Part shown: positions 12,111-22,298 of the stretch, one piece after another
How positions within the stretch are numbered: the stretch's first letter is position 1
Layout of the letters: every line of letters begins with the position of its first letter
Source: Ginkgo biloba
Taxonomy: Eukaryota > Plantae > Ginkgophyta
Assembly (NCBI GenBank): GCA_024626585.2
Contig: JANKJI020000002.1
Location: 266,404,485 to 266,430,790, forward strand
Direction: 5' to 3'
DNA length: 26,306 nt
Translations under genes and position numbers: made by a program
Notes under the pieces: generated by a model
Told to the model about the DNA's origin: nothing
The model's input: the letters and a program-made list of their open reading frames with translations, nothing else
Databases searched by the model: none

Positions 12111-13038
12111 TAAAGGTTGGAAGGTGGTGGAGGTGCTTGGCCTCTCATAAGAATTATCATTGGGATAGTTACATACTTTCATAAATCTTTCTTCAAGTTA
12201 TCCATTCGAGAAGGTATTTTTAATGCATATAACAAGGTCATATACACTCAGTATTAGACCAAATAATTAACCATATTGTATCCTATAGGGAAAACATCGT
12301 TTATTCTCCTAATCTTGTCTAATCTCTATTGGAGTATACAAATTTTCTTAGAATATTGGGACCCAAACATCAATGGTTGATCTTATGTAGGATTCTTATA
12401 TCGCAACTAATTAACTTTTCTCTAAGTATAGACCACCATCTCCCCTAAGATTTTTTCATCATTTTTTACTTTAATATTAACCATATTGGACTACATCCAA
12501 CTTACCAAAGACATGGAATTGNNNNNNNNNNNNNNNNNNNNNNNNNNNNNNNNNNNNNNNNNNNNNNNNNNNNNNNNNNNNNNNNNNNNNNNNNNNNNNN
12601 NNNNNNNNNNNNNNNNNNNNNNNNNNNNNNNNNNNNNNNNNNNNNNNNNNNNNNNNNNNNNNNNNNNNNNNNNNNNNNNNNNNNNNNNNNNNNNNNNNNN
12701 NNNNNNNNNNNNNNNNNNNNNNNNNNNNNNNNNNNNNNNNNNNNNNNNNNNNNNNNNNNNNNNNNNNNNNNNNNNNNNNNNNNNNNNNNNNNNNNNNNNN
12801 NNNNNNNNNNNNNNNNNNNNNNNNNNNNNNNNNNNNNNNNNNNNNNNNNNNNNNNNNNNNNNNNNNNNNNNNNNNNNNNNNNNNNNNNNNNNNNNNNNNN
12901 NNNNNNNNNNNNNNNNNNNNNNNNNNNNNNNNNNNNNNNNNNNNNNNNNNNNNNNNNNNNNNNNNNNNNNNNNNNNNNNNNNNNNNNNNNNNNNNNNNNN
13001 NNNNNNNNNNNNNNNNNNNNNNNNNNNNNNNNNNNNNA

Positions 13039-13410
13039 TATTTCTTTTTTCCTAGTTGAATCGCACATTAAAGTCCTTGATAGAATTTGATTCACCTTTG
13101 AAAATAGTCATCATATCTTTTAATAATGCATGGTTATTGATTGGGATACTGTATTTATTTTTAAATTATACAGTTAATCATACCTAATTTATGATGGAAT
13201 TTATTGGTAAATAATTAAACTAAATCAAATATTCATCTTCAAATATTTATATAAATATCTTGATGTCAATGTTATCCATAGTGACAACTAATATAGTACA
13301 ATACTTTGAAAAAATGGTTATATATTCCTTTAGGTTGGTTGATCCATCTCCTTTAAAATGTGGGAGATAATCTTTATCTCTAACTGCTAAAGCATTACTA
13401 TTCACTCCCA
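13039..13410 (-). pseudogene. Gag (retrotransposon gag capsid domain)
   Basis: YLPHFKGDGST...FSKYCTILVV..DNIDIKIF...LI*FNYLPINSIIN*V*L...FKNKY...IFKGESNSIKDFNVRFN. Confidence 0.85.
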
Positions 13411-13783
13411 AATTGAAGGCCTGACAGTAAGATAAGAACTTTACATTGGTATTGATGGAGTTTATTAAGGTAAGACTTAATAAGTAGGTAGAGGAGAGGG
13501 ACTTCTTAGACATAAATAAGTTTGTACCTTTAAAGGAGTAGTTAGGAGAGACCTTGATCTACAAAGAGGTGGAGAAGATAACAAGGAATGGGAATGGGCC
13601 ATCAAGAGGAAAAATCAAAAGAAACACTTCAATTATGGGATTTCTATAATCTTTCAACCCTTATTATTTTGGTACTAAAAAATATCATTCCAGTATTCCT
13701 CGATCTTTATTCAATCTGGTGTATTGTTGTCTTTCTTTAGCTAGGTTAAATAGTCAATTATAGACCACACTAATTATCAATCT

Positions 13784-13801
13784 TTCCTAGTATGGTCACT
13801 A
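13784..13801 (-). promoter_or_regulatory. Degenerate primer-binding site, probably tRNA-Arg type
   Basis: Minus-strand TAGTGACCATACTAGGAA lies 4 nt after the LTR end. It resembles the TGGCGAC... tRNA-Arg PBS of Tat/Ogre elements, with mostly transition mismatches. Confidence 0.5.
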
Positions 13802-13805
13802 GTTC

Positions 13806-14435
13806 TATTGATAAGAATTTGTGTATTGATGATGGGAATAAGTATGAATATATTCCTAAGGGTAATGGTACTACAAAAATAAAAATAGAGGGTAAGATAT
13901 AATTCCTCTTCTATTTTGATGGGAAATTCCCTAATTGTAAGAATATCAAAATACATAAAATGGGGATGGTNNNNNNNNNNNNNNNNNNNNNNNNNNNNNN
14001 NNNNNNNNNNNNNNNNNNNNNNNNNNNNNNNNNNNNNNNNNNNNNAATGATAGGAGTAAGAAAATTTTCTATCAATGCCTTTAGACTAAATATCAAATGT
14101 TCAGACACTAAAAATAGAGCAGGGTGTAATATTAGAGGGAACAAAAACTAAAAGAGAAATGTTTGAAAATTATTTAACTCTTAACACCCTCTTAAGGATT
14201 CTCTTAGTGGTATAAAGGAGGTCCTTAAAGTCCTTAAAACCTTAAAGGGAAATCAACCATGTCATTATTATCCCAAACTATTAGTAGTGCCTGACTATTT
14301 TAGTATAATGACATATAACACCCTTTCCTTCATTACCCTCTAGCAGCTCTCAAAGGGTACAAAGAGAAATAATATACTTCTTGGGAAGATTTACAATCAT
14401 TTGAGTAACAAATATAGTAGAACTAAAAGAAAAAA
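13806..14435 (-). repeat. 5' LTR remnant of the Tat element (cut by gap)
   Basis: TATTGATAAGAATTTGTGTA resembles the family terminus. taaaggaggtcctt is shared with 3370-3383. 14160-14292 is reverse-complement homologous to 22953-23075 (gaatccttaagagggtgtt). Confidence 0.75.
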
Positions 14436-14535
14436 NNNNNNNNNNNNNNNNNNNNNNNNNNNNNNNNNNNNNNNNNNNNNNNNNNNNNNNNNNNNNNNNN
14501 NNNNNNNNNNNNNNNNNNNNNNNNNNNNNNNNNNN

Positions 14536-15386
14536 AACATTATAGAGTCCAAATTTTATTACCTAGAATTCGTAATGTTTGTGGTGTGTTATGAGTGAAA
14601 CATTTTATTGCTCCTAAATTATATTTGGAATCTAGTAGTATACATACCATATGTCAATCTTGGAGAAGTATTTTTCTCTATGTAGTTCATCCATCATATC
14701 GTTGATCCTAGGCATTGGGAATTTATTTTTTATTGTTACGTTGTTAAGTTCCCTGTAATCTATGTATAATAAAAAAGATTTGTCCTTATTCCTAGCTAGT
14801 ACTACTAGTGTTGAATAAGGGATTTTACTATCTAATATTTCTCCTAATTCTAGTAGTTCTTGTGTTAACTAATCTATTTCAATTTTGCGTTTGAATTTAT
14901 ATGTATATGGTTTAACAATAGTTGGCCCTTTTCCTTCCTCAATCTCAATAATGTATTTCATACCTCGTTTTGGTGGTCACTCTATTGGAAGGTTATAAAA
15001 TACTTGAAAATTCCTATTTGTTACCATCTTTATCTCCATTTTCAAGCTTTATGATTATCCTTATCCCTTAGTTTTTGTTTTTATTTTTTTTATCTCCATG
15101 TTGCAAAGACATGCCATAAAACCTATGTGTCATTTCCACAACATTTTGTTCATCTATTGTTCCTCAATAATTTTGTTTCCTGCATCGTTTACCTCATTCA
15201 ATATATACTAGAAACCCTTTAAGTTGAATCTAATAAATTCTTCTTTATGATTTATATTATAATTTTGTATTTTGTAGATCCATTACACTCCTAGTACTAC
15301 ATTGATTCATATTCTTGTGTTAAAGAATGAATCTTTAAGGGTGTATTCGCCTATTTTTAGTTTGACATTTCTCACTATCCCTTCAT
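14536..15386 (-). pseudogene. Ty3/gypsy chromovirus (Reina-like) protease C-terminus and RT N-terminus
   Basis: NVKLKIGEYTLKDSFF..NVVLGV*W; LPIE*PPKRGMKYIIEIEEG; KPYTY..KIEID; IDYRELNNVTIKNKFPMPRINDMMDELHREKYFSKID; HYEF*VIKFGLYN. Confidence 0.92.
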
Positions 15387-15411
15387 AGAATGAATCTTTA
15401 AGGGTGTATTC
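15324..15411 (+). repeat. Perfect 25-bp direct repeat (15324-15348 and 15387-15411)
   Basis: agaatgaatctttaagggtgtattc occurs twice. Confidence 0.95.
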
Positions 15412-15439
15412 TAGCCTTATTTTATAAATTTATCCAATT

Positions 15440-16796
15440 TGATGTAGTTAGATGGTGGGTTTAACACTCATCAATGCTAAGCTCACACTCCCCAGCATTT
15501 GTAGGCGTCAAACACAAAATTATGCAGTGTTGGGCTTAGAACTCGATGCTATCACTAGTCACCTCCAAGATCTCAATAATGTACCCTCACCAAAAAAATT
15601 CGATGAGAAGCACCATGTGTGCTTGACCTATTTAAACGTTGAGAAATAAGAGGGATCAATCAATGCAGAATCTTACAATGACATTATAGAGTGTAATAAA
15701 TAAATAAACAAAAGTCATTCAACCACCCCACATGAAAATTTCATATGAATAATATATTTTCAATAGGAGAAACCCTTATAGGGAATAAAATATAGGATAA
15801 TATTATTCCAAATCTATGAGGCAATACAACTATCCACCATGGATCTTCATCACTATCGTAGGGTAAGTATGATAGTTTCTAGTAATTGAATAATTCATAA
15901 CTAATATAATAGTCGCTCGAGCTACCTCCTTTGGTGATCTAGTTAGACACTACTTTTCATATTCACACTCAACATAAATCTCCACACATCATCTTACTAC
16001 ATCACACTCANNNNNNNNNNNNNNNNNNNNNNNNNNNNNNNNNNNNNNNNNNNNNNNNNNNNNNNNNNNNNNNNNNNNNNNNNNNNNNNNNNNNNNNNNN
16101 NNNNNNNNNNAGTTTCCAGTAATTGAATAATTCATAACTAATATAATAGTTGCTCGAGCTACCTCCTTTGGTGATCTAGTTAGACACTACTTTGCATATT
16201 CACACTCAACATAAATCTCCACACATCATCTTACTACATCACGCTCAATGGTCTATCAAGTTTTATCTTTCACTGAGCTACCTCCCAAGTACTACCTTCC
16301 TCTTAAAGATTTATTCGTATGTTGTAACTCACTCTTCCCCATAGTGAATCCATTTTATGGTTCCAATTGATTTATCCACCAACTCCTCCACTAATAACTC
16401 TTCCAAAACCACCTTCTATCTCCTCTCTCTGAGATTATATGCTTTATTTTAATGGCCTAGGTGCGTATCCCTCAATGGCTTGATTGGTGAGAGTAATTGC
16501 AATGGATTTCTTTCATTAATTCTTTGTAACGACTTCCCTTTTCTTGACATTACCTTTCTTTGGGGTTCCTACATGTGGTTCTCTCCTAACTTTCCCATCA
16601 CTACTTGGGATTGCTAAGCACTAAAAATAACATTATTAATTCCTTAGCTAACTCCTTCATTCATTCTTTTCTTGTGTTAAGGCCAATATAAAAATTTCTT
16701 ATTGATTTTCACCCCAAAATTTTTCCACTATGCTGACTCCATAAAATTTTACAAAATTTTCATACTACTTTGGAGTGCCACAATGATACTCCTACA
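15440..16796 (-). repeat. LTR (short form) of chromovirus-type element
   Basis: TGATG...CCTACA termini. Colinear with 17691-18823 (13 mismatches in the first 76 nt) and abutted by a PPT. Confidence 0.88.
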
Positions 16797-16810
16797 TCCT
16801 CCTCCCTTGA
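16797..16810 (-). promoter_or_regulatory. Polypurine tract
   Basis: Minus-strand AAGGGAGGAGGA immediately precedes TGTAGG. It follows a pol-end-like relic, KWKNFEDESLQEDIQIF. Confidence 0.8.
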
Positions 16811-16959
16811 AAAAATTTGTATGTCCTCCTGCAAACTCTCATCTTCGAAGTTTTTCCATTTTCATTTATATGATCCTTAAGATATCTAGCATAAATGATC
16901 CTTAAGACATACTCCAACAATGCTTGAAGTAAATTCATTAAGAAATCATTTAATGCAGT

Positions 16960-17509
16960 AAATGATTTTAAAAGGTCTTTAGGTCAATTCCTTAGAATAT
17001 TAAGAAGAAAAAATAGGGAAGACACATCGATATGCATGAAACTCACAACAACGAATTATTTTCAAGAAGTGTGCCAGTAGTGCTCAACACTCGATCATGA
17101 AAACTCTTCCATTATATTCTCTAGGACTAAATTTTTCTCCTTTAATTAAGCCTTTTCTAGTGATAACTCTTCAATTTTTAGCTACAAAGCCTCAAATGAT
17201 ACCTTATGAAAACTCATGGCCTCTTGAGCTCTCAATTGATTAATATTCAACTCAATTTCCTATACAATGACATTAAATGGGGTCACCTTCATTTTGGCTT
17301 TAGAAGCCCTTGGTCTTGCCAATCTTACTTTGATGGTTTATCTATCAGAGTCCATATTGAATGAAGCATGTTGCTTACTAAAGTCCAATATAGTGGTCAT
17401 ACCTACTTCACTTGAATCTTTATGTTGATTCATCAACTCCACCATCCAAGGGTTTAAAATAGATTCCCCTTGAGGAGTCTCCTCTATTATCAAATCTGTA
17501 CTGAACGTG
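16960..17509 (-). pseudogene. Fragment of unidentified retrotransposon accessory ORF (homolog of 20999-21277)
   Basis: LDFSKQHASFNMDSDR*TIKVRLARPRASKAK...LRAQEAMSFHKVSFEAL*LKIEELSLEKA*LKEKNLVLEN. Confidence 0.75.
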
Positions 17510-17676
17510 NNNNNNNNNNNNNNNNNNNNNNNNNNNNNNNNNNNNNNNNNNNNNNNNNNNNNNNNNNNNNNNNNNNNNNNNNNNNNNNNNNNNNNNNNNN
17601 NNNNNNNNNACATCTTTTGCCAGTTTTCTCACTGTAGTACTTCTCTAACAACTCCTTCGGTGAGCAAATAATCCCT

Positions 17677-17688
17677 ACTTTGATACCA
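17677..17688 (-). promoter_or_regulatory. Primer-binding site, initiator tRNA-Met
   Basis: Minus-strand TGGTATCAAAGT (10/12 match to TGGTATCAGAGC), 2 nt after the LTR end ..GCATCA. Confidence 0.88.
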
Positions 17689-17690
17689 AA

Positions 17691-20134
17691 TGATGCATTT
17701 AGACGGTGGGTGTGACACTCATTGACGCTAAGCTCACACTCCCCAACGTTCGTTGGTGTCAAACACACAAAATTTTGTAGTGTCAGGCTTCAAACCCGAT
17801 GTTGTCATTGGCCACCTCTAGGATCTTAACAACAAACACTCAGCAATGAAAGTTGGCAAGAAGCACCAAGTGCACTCAACATGTTTAGATATTGGGCAAT
17901 GAGAGAGATCAATCAACATGAAAGCTTACAACCACATTATAAAGTGTAAAAAAATTAATAAATAAATAAATAGAAGTCATTTAATCAACACACAGAAAAA
18001 TTTCACATGGATAACATCTTTTCAACATGAGAAACACTTATGGGGAATAAAAATCTAAGATAACATTATTTCAAATCTATGAGGCAATAGAACTATCAAC
18101 CATAGCTCTTCCTCACTATCAGAGGGTAAATACAATAGTTTATAGTAATTGAATAATTCACAACTAGCATAATAGTCCCTTGAGTTGCCTCCTTCGGCAA
18201 TCTACTTGGCCACTACTTCGCATATTCACATTCGATAAAATCCTCTACGCATCAACTAACTACCTCCCACTCGGTGGTCTATCAAGTTTTATCCTTCATT
18301 GAGCTACCTCCCAAGGATTGCCTCCCTCTTAGCGATCTATTCCTATTCTATAACTCACTCTTCTCTAATCATGAATCCATTCTGTAGTTCTAACTAATTC
18401 GTCCACCAACTCCTCCACCAACAACTCTTCTAAAACCACCTTGTCTCCCCTCTCTTTAGGTTTATATGCTTCATTCAAATAACTTATGTGTGTCTCCCTC
18501 AATGGCTCAGTTAGTGAGAGCAACTGCAACAACTTTCTTCCATTAGTACTTTACAATGACTTCTCTTATCCTAGCATCACCTTTCTTTTGGGTTCTTGCA
18601 TACAGTTCTCTCCTAACTGTCCCATCATAACTTTGAATTGTTGAGCACTAAAAGTGACTTCATTAATTCTTTACCCAACTCCTTCCTTCCTTCTTTTCTT
18701 CCGTGAAGGCCAATACCAAAAATTCTTATCGATTTTTCCCCCAAAATGTTACCTCTATGTTAGATCCATAAAATTTTATAAAATTTTTAGACCTCTTCAG
18801 AATGCTACAAGGATTCTCCTTCATAAAATTTAAAATAAGATCTCATTTTCAAAAAAGAGATCTTACAATCAAAAGTTATGGCTTCTGAAAGTTGGGTTAC
18901 AAACCTATCAAAACTATCTTTCAATCAATGTTATTAGCTTACAATCAACATTATAGATTTGCAACAAGATTATATTTTGTCATTTACCCAAAAATAAACT
19001 AAGTATGAGATATAACTGACGTGTTCGATAAATTTCAACTCATGTTATAAGTTCCTTGCAAATGAAAATTTTCACTCACCATTAAACACATACCTCAAAT
19101 TGTGAATTTTTTAACAAAAAATTATAAACAAAGAACCAATCAATAGTATCAAAGAAAGCTACAACTAAGGAAAACTAAATAAATAAAGTTTGTAATAACC
19201 ATGTAAAGGCACTATAAGAGGCTTCCAATAAATTTTGAACTCCGTAAATCATAGATACTCTTCCCACTCTAAAAACTAAATTCCAAAGCTTTTTTTCATA
19301 ACATTTTAATATGCTTTTGTTAACTTCAATTATTTATTGCCTTGTGCCCGTGTTNNNNNNNNNNNNNNNNNNNNNNNNNNNNNNNNNNNNNNNNNNNNNN
19401 NNNNNNNNNNNNNNNNNNNNNNNNNNNNNNNNNNNNNNNNNNNNNNNNNNNNNNATTTTCCCCCAAAATGTTACCTCTATGTTAAATCCATAAAATTTTA
19501 TAAAATTTACACACCTCTTCGGAATGCTACAACGATGCTCCTGCATGAAATTTGAAATAAGATCTCATTTTCAAAAAATAGATCTTATAAACAAAATGTA
19601 TGGCTTCTAAAAGTTGGGTTACGAACGTATCAAAACTATCTTTCAATCAACATTATTAGCTTGCAATCAATACTATAGAGATGCAANNNNNNNNNNNNNN
19701 NNNNNNNNNNNNNNNNNNNNNNNNNNNNNNNATAAAGTAAGTATGAGATATAACTGATGTGTTCAATAAATTTCAACTCATGTTATAAGTTCCTTGCAAA
19801 TGAAAATTTGCACTCACCATTGAACACATACCTCAAATTGTGAATTTTTGAACAAAAATTTATAAACAAAGAACCAATCAATAGTATCAAAGAAAGCTAC
19901 AACTAAGGAAAAATAAATAAATAAGTTTTGTAATAACCATGTAAAGGCACTATAAGAGGCTTCCAATAAATTTTGAACTTCGTAAATTGTAGATACTCTT
20001 CCCAAAACTGAACTCCAAAGCTTTATTCAGAACATGTTAATGTGATTTTGTTAACTTCAATTATTTTTTGCCTTGTGCTTGTGTTCTCAATTGTTCTTAG
20101 TTCCTTTCACTAATCAAACACAACCATGTCATCA
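17691..20134 (-). repeat. 5' LTR (long form) of the same chromovirus-type family, with internal duplication and gaps
   Basis: TGATG at 17691 and CATCA ending at 20134 form terminal inverted repeats. A PBS is adjacent, and the first 1.13 kb is homologous to 15440-16796. The right boundary is inferred. Confidence 0.75.
18732..20085 (+). repeat. ~620-bp direct duplication (18732-19354 and 19455-20085) across a 100-N gap
   Basis: Colinear, highly similar copies with scattered substitutions and small indels. Confidence 0.92.
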
Positions 20135-20139
20135 CTACT

Positions 20140-22187
20140 TCTAAGTTTAATTCCACTTTATAAGTTAAAATTTTAGTGTTCAGAGAATTCTAAGTAAGAA
20201 AACAAGTTGATGGGCACCTTTCAAAATCCTCAAAATTTGAAGGAGATCACATGGACCTGGACCGAGGAATCAAGCTTGCTTAGATTAGGATTTCATATTC
20301 AGGGGGTCCCCACAATATAGAATTGCAGTTCATAGTTTGGGGTTTGAAAAACCAAAAGAGAATTATGAAGTTTTCCTCCATAGATTTTGGATAGACCAAA
20401 AATAAGATGAAAGGTGGATTAATTAAAAATTTCACATCCAATGTGTCGAGAGGAAATCATTAAATTTTGGGTGTTCAGAGTTGCAAGGCCTTAGGACAAG
20501 AATAAATGAAAAAATATATGTTTTTTTTTAAATGGATTCGAGCACCTTTCTTTGAAAAACACTTGTCACCTTGAGCACCTCTCATCATGCTTTATCATCC
20601 ACCACTCATTTTCAAGGAAGGATTATTTAAGGTGATTGTGTTTTGCATGTTGTGAATTGGGTTGACATTATGTCCATTTAATGTTGAATCATTCATCACA
20701 TCCTTACCATAAACATGGTCTACATGTGTTGATAAGAGTTTTCATCTGCATTCATCAAGAGTTCTTTTAAACATAAACGTGGATATTTCAGGAGAAAATT
20801 AAGTGATTGCAAGGACAGTTAGCCAAAGGAAATAAGTAAAGATTGTGATCATCTATTAGGTTAAGATTGCATGCTAGCAATATTACACAAAGAATTAGCT
20901 CAACACTTACAGTAAAGCTCTTGATAACATATCAGAGTACACACGCATAGAGGTTCAAAGAGAGAGAACTCCAATGCCAAGAAGATACTTCCTCACCACT
21001 GGATTTTAGCAATAAACATGCATATTTCAAGTTTGATGTTAAGAAGAGGTTTGTTAAAGTCAGAGTGGCAAAGCCAAGGGCCCCAAGGTCTAAGGATTTA
21101 ATGTTACTATGGCTTATTTTTTAGTTTAGGAGATCAAGTTAGATGTTAGCTCATGATATTGTTCAATTTCATGAGGCTTCTTTTGAAGCTCTCAAAATGA
21201 AAGTTGATGAATTTTCTTAGGAGAATTCTCAACTAAAGAATCCAAATTTGTCCCTTGAAAATAAATTGGCATCATTTGAATTAGTATTGACTCCTCCACT
21301 AGTAGTGGAATCATCTTCTTCTATTTTGACACTAGAAGACACTGTATTGCATAGGCGACAACGATTCACAAATGCTAATAAAAAAACATTCTTCAAAATT
21401 AGATGAAAGGGTAGAGTTTTATCTGTAATTTTGGAACTTGGTTCATCGAATGCAGGTTATAATGAACAAAATCTCTTCCTTTACAAAGTCATACACTCTG
21501 TACTTAGATGAACTAAATTTATTTTTGGTGAATGAAATGAATGAATTACATGGTTATGTGTCAAAAGGATATGGGGGTCCATATCCCATATAAGAGGAGA
21601 TTAAAGAATTTAAAACCTCATTTGTTTCTTAGAGATAGTTGACTCAAGAAAGTTCGAATCAAATTTCTCATTTAAGGATTAAAATTCTTGAAACCATGTC
21701 TTCTTTTAGGAAATTGATCTCAGAAGGGAAAATGATGCCTTGTTGGAGGGAAAATCAAATAATTTTAAAAGATGATTATTCTTAGTTGATCCATTTAGAA
21801 AATGAAAATTTTCTTAACATGGGGAAATGAAGATGTAGAAGATTTTGCTAGGTTGGTCTCTTCCTCATTAGATAGATACCATTATAATCATAAAATATTT
21901 TTTTTTGATAAATATGATAGGGAAGGAAGTAATAAAGTTAGAAAAAGATTTCATAAATATCAATGTCCGTAATAAATATTTAGTCACAACAAAAAAAAAG
22001 AGAACTTCGAATGAGGTTATAAAACCTCTGAGAATTACCAACTGCCAATAAGGAAATAGTTGCAGAAATGACCGAAGACAGTTAGTTTTCAGTTCCTATG
22101 AAATTGTCTCAACAGTCTTTAGCCAAAAAACATAAAAGAGAAGATGAACAAAGAGAGAAGGGTTCCACCAAAAAGCATCACTACTGA
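20140..22187 (+). pseudogene. Large unidentified accessory ORF in env-like position
   Basis: LDFSNKHAYFKFDVKKRFVKVRVAKPRAPRSK...LAHDIVQFHEASFEALKMKVDEFS*ENSQLKNPNLSLENKL; ISHLRIKILETMSSFRKL; ends ...LAKKHKREDEQREKGSTKKHHY*. The 5' extent is uncertain. Confidence 0.65.
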
Positions 22188-22288
22188 GAGTTTAGATATA
22201 TTTTCATGTTTCTCTTATGCGTCTTCCTTATCATTGTGTATGTCATGTTAGTAACATTAATGTCCCTTCTTCTCACTGATCATTGATT

Positions 22289-22297
22289 GAGGAGAGG
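22289..22297 (+). promoter_or_regulatory. Polypurine tract
   Basis: GAGGAGAGG, then one T, then TGTCC at the LTR start. Confidence 0.6.
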
Positions 22298-22298
22298 T

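Larger units (their letters stand above)
10760..14435 (-). mobile_element. Ty3/gypsy non-chromovirus Tat-lineage element, 5' half (LTR-PBS-gag-PROT-aRH, truncated before RT)
   Basis: Colinear minus-strand domain remnants, listed as separate features. Confidence 0.9.

Noticed and set aside
12486-13095. Long ORFs in the supplied track (189 and 197 aa, and other X-rich ORFs)
   Set aside because: They are artefacts of reading through N gaps.
15874-16247. 137-bp direct repeat (15874-16010 and 16111-16247)
   Set aside because: The copies differ at only 4 positions, sit exactly at both edges of a 100-N gap, and the homologous LTR at 17691 has one copy. Most likely an unmerged contig overlap.
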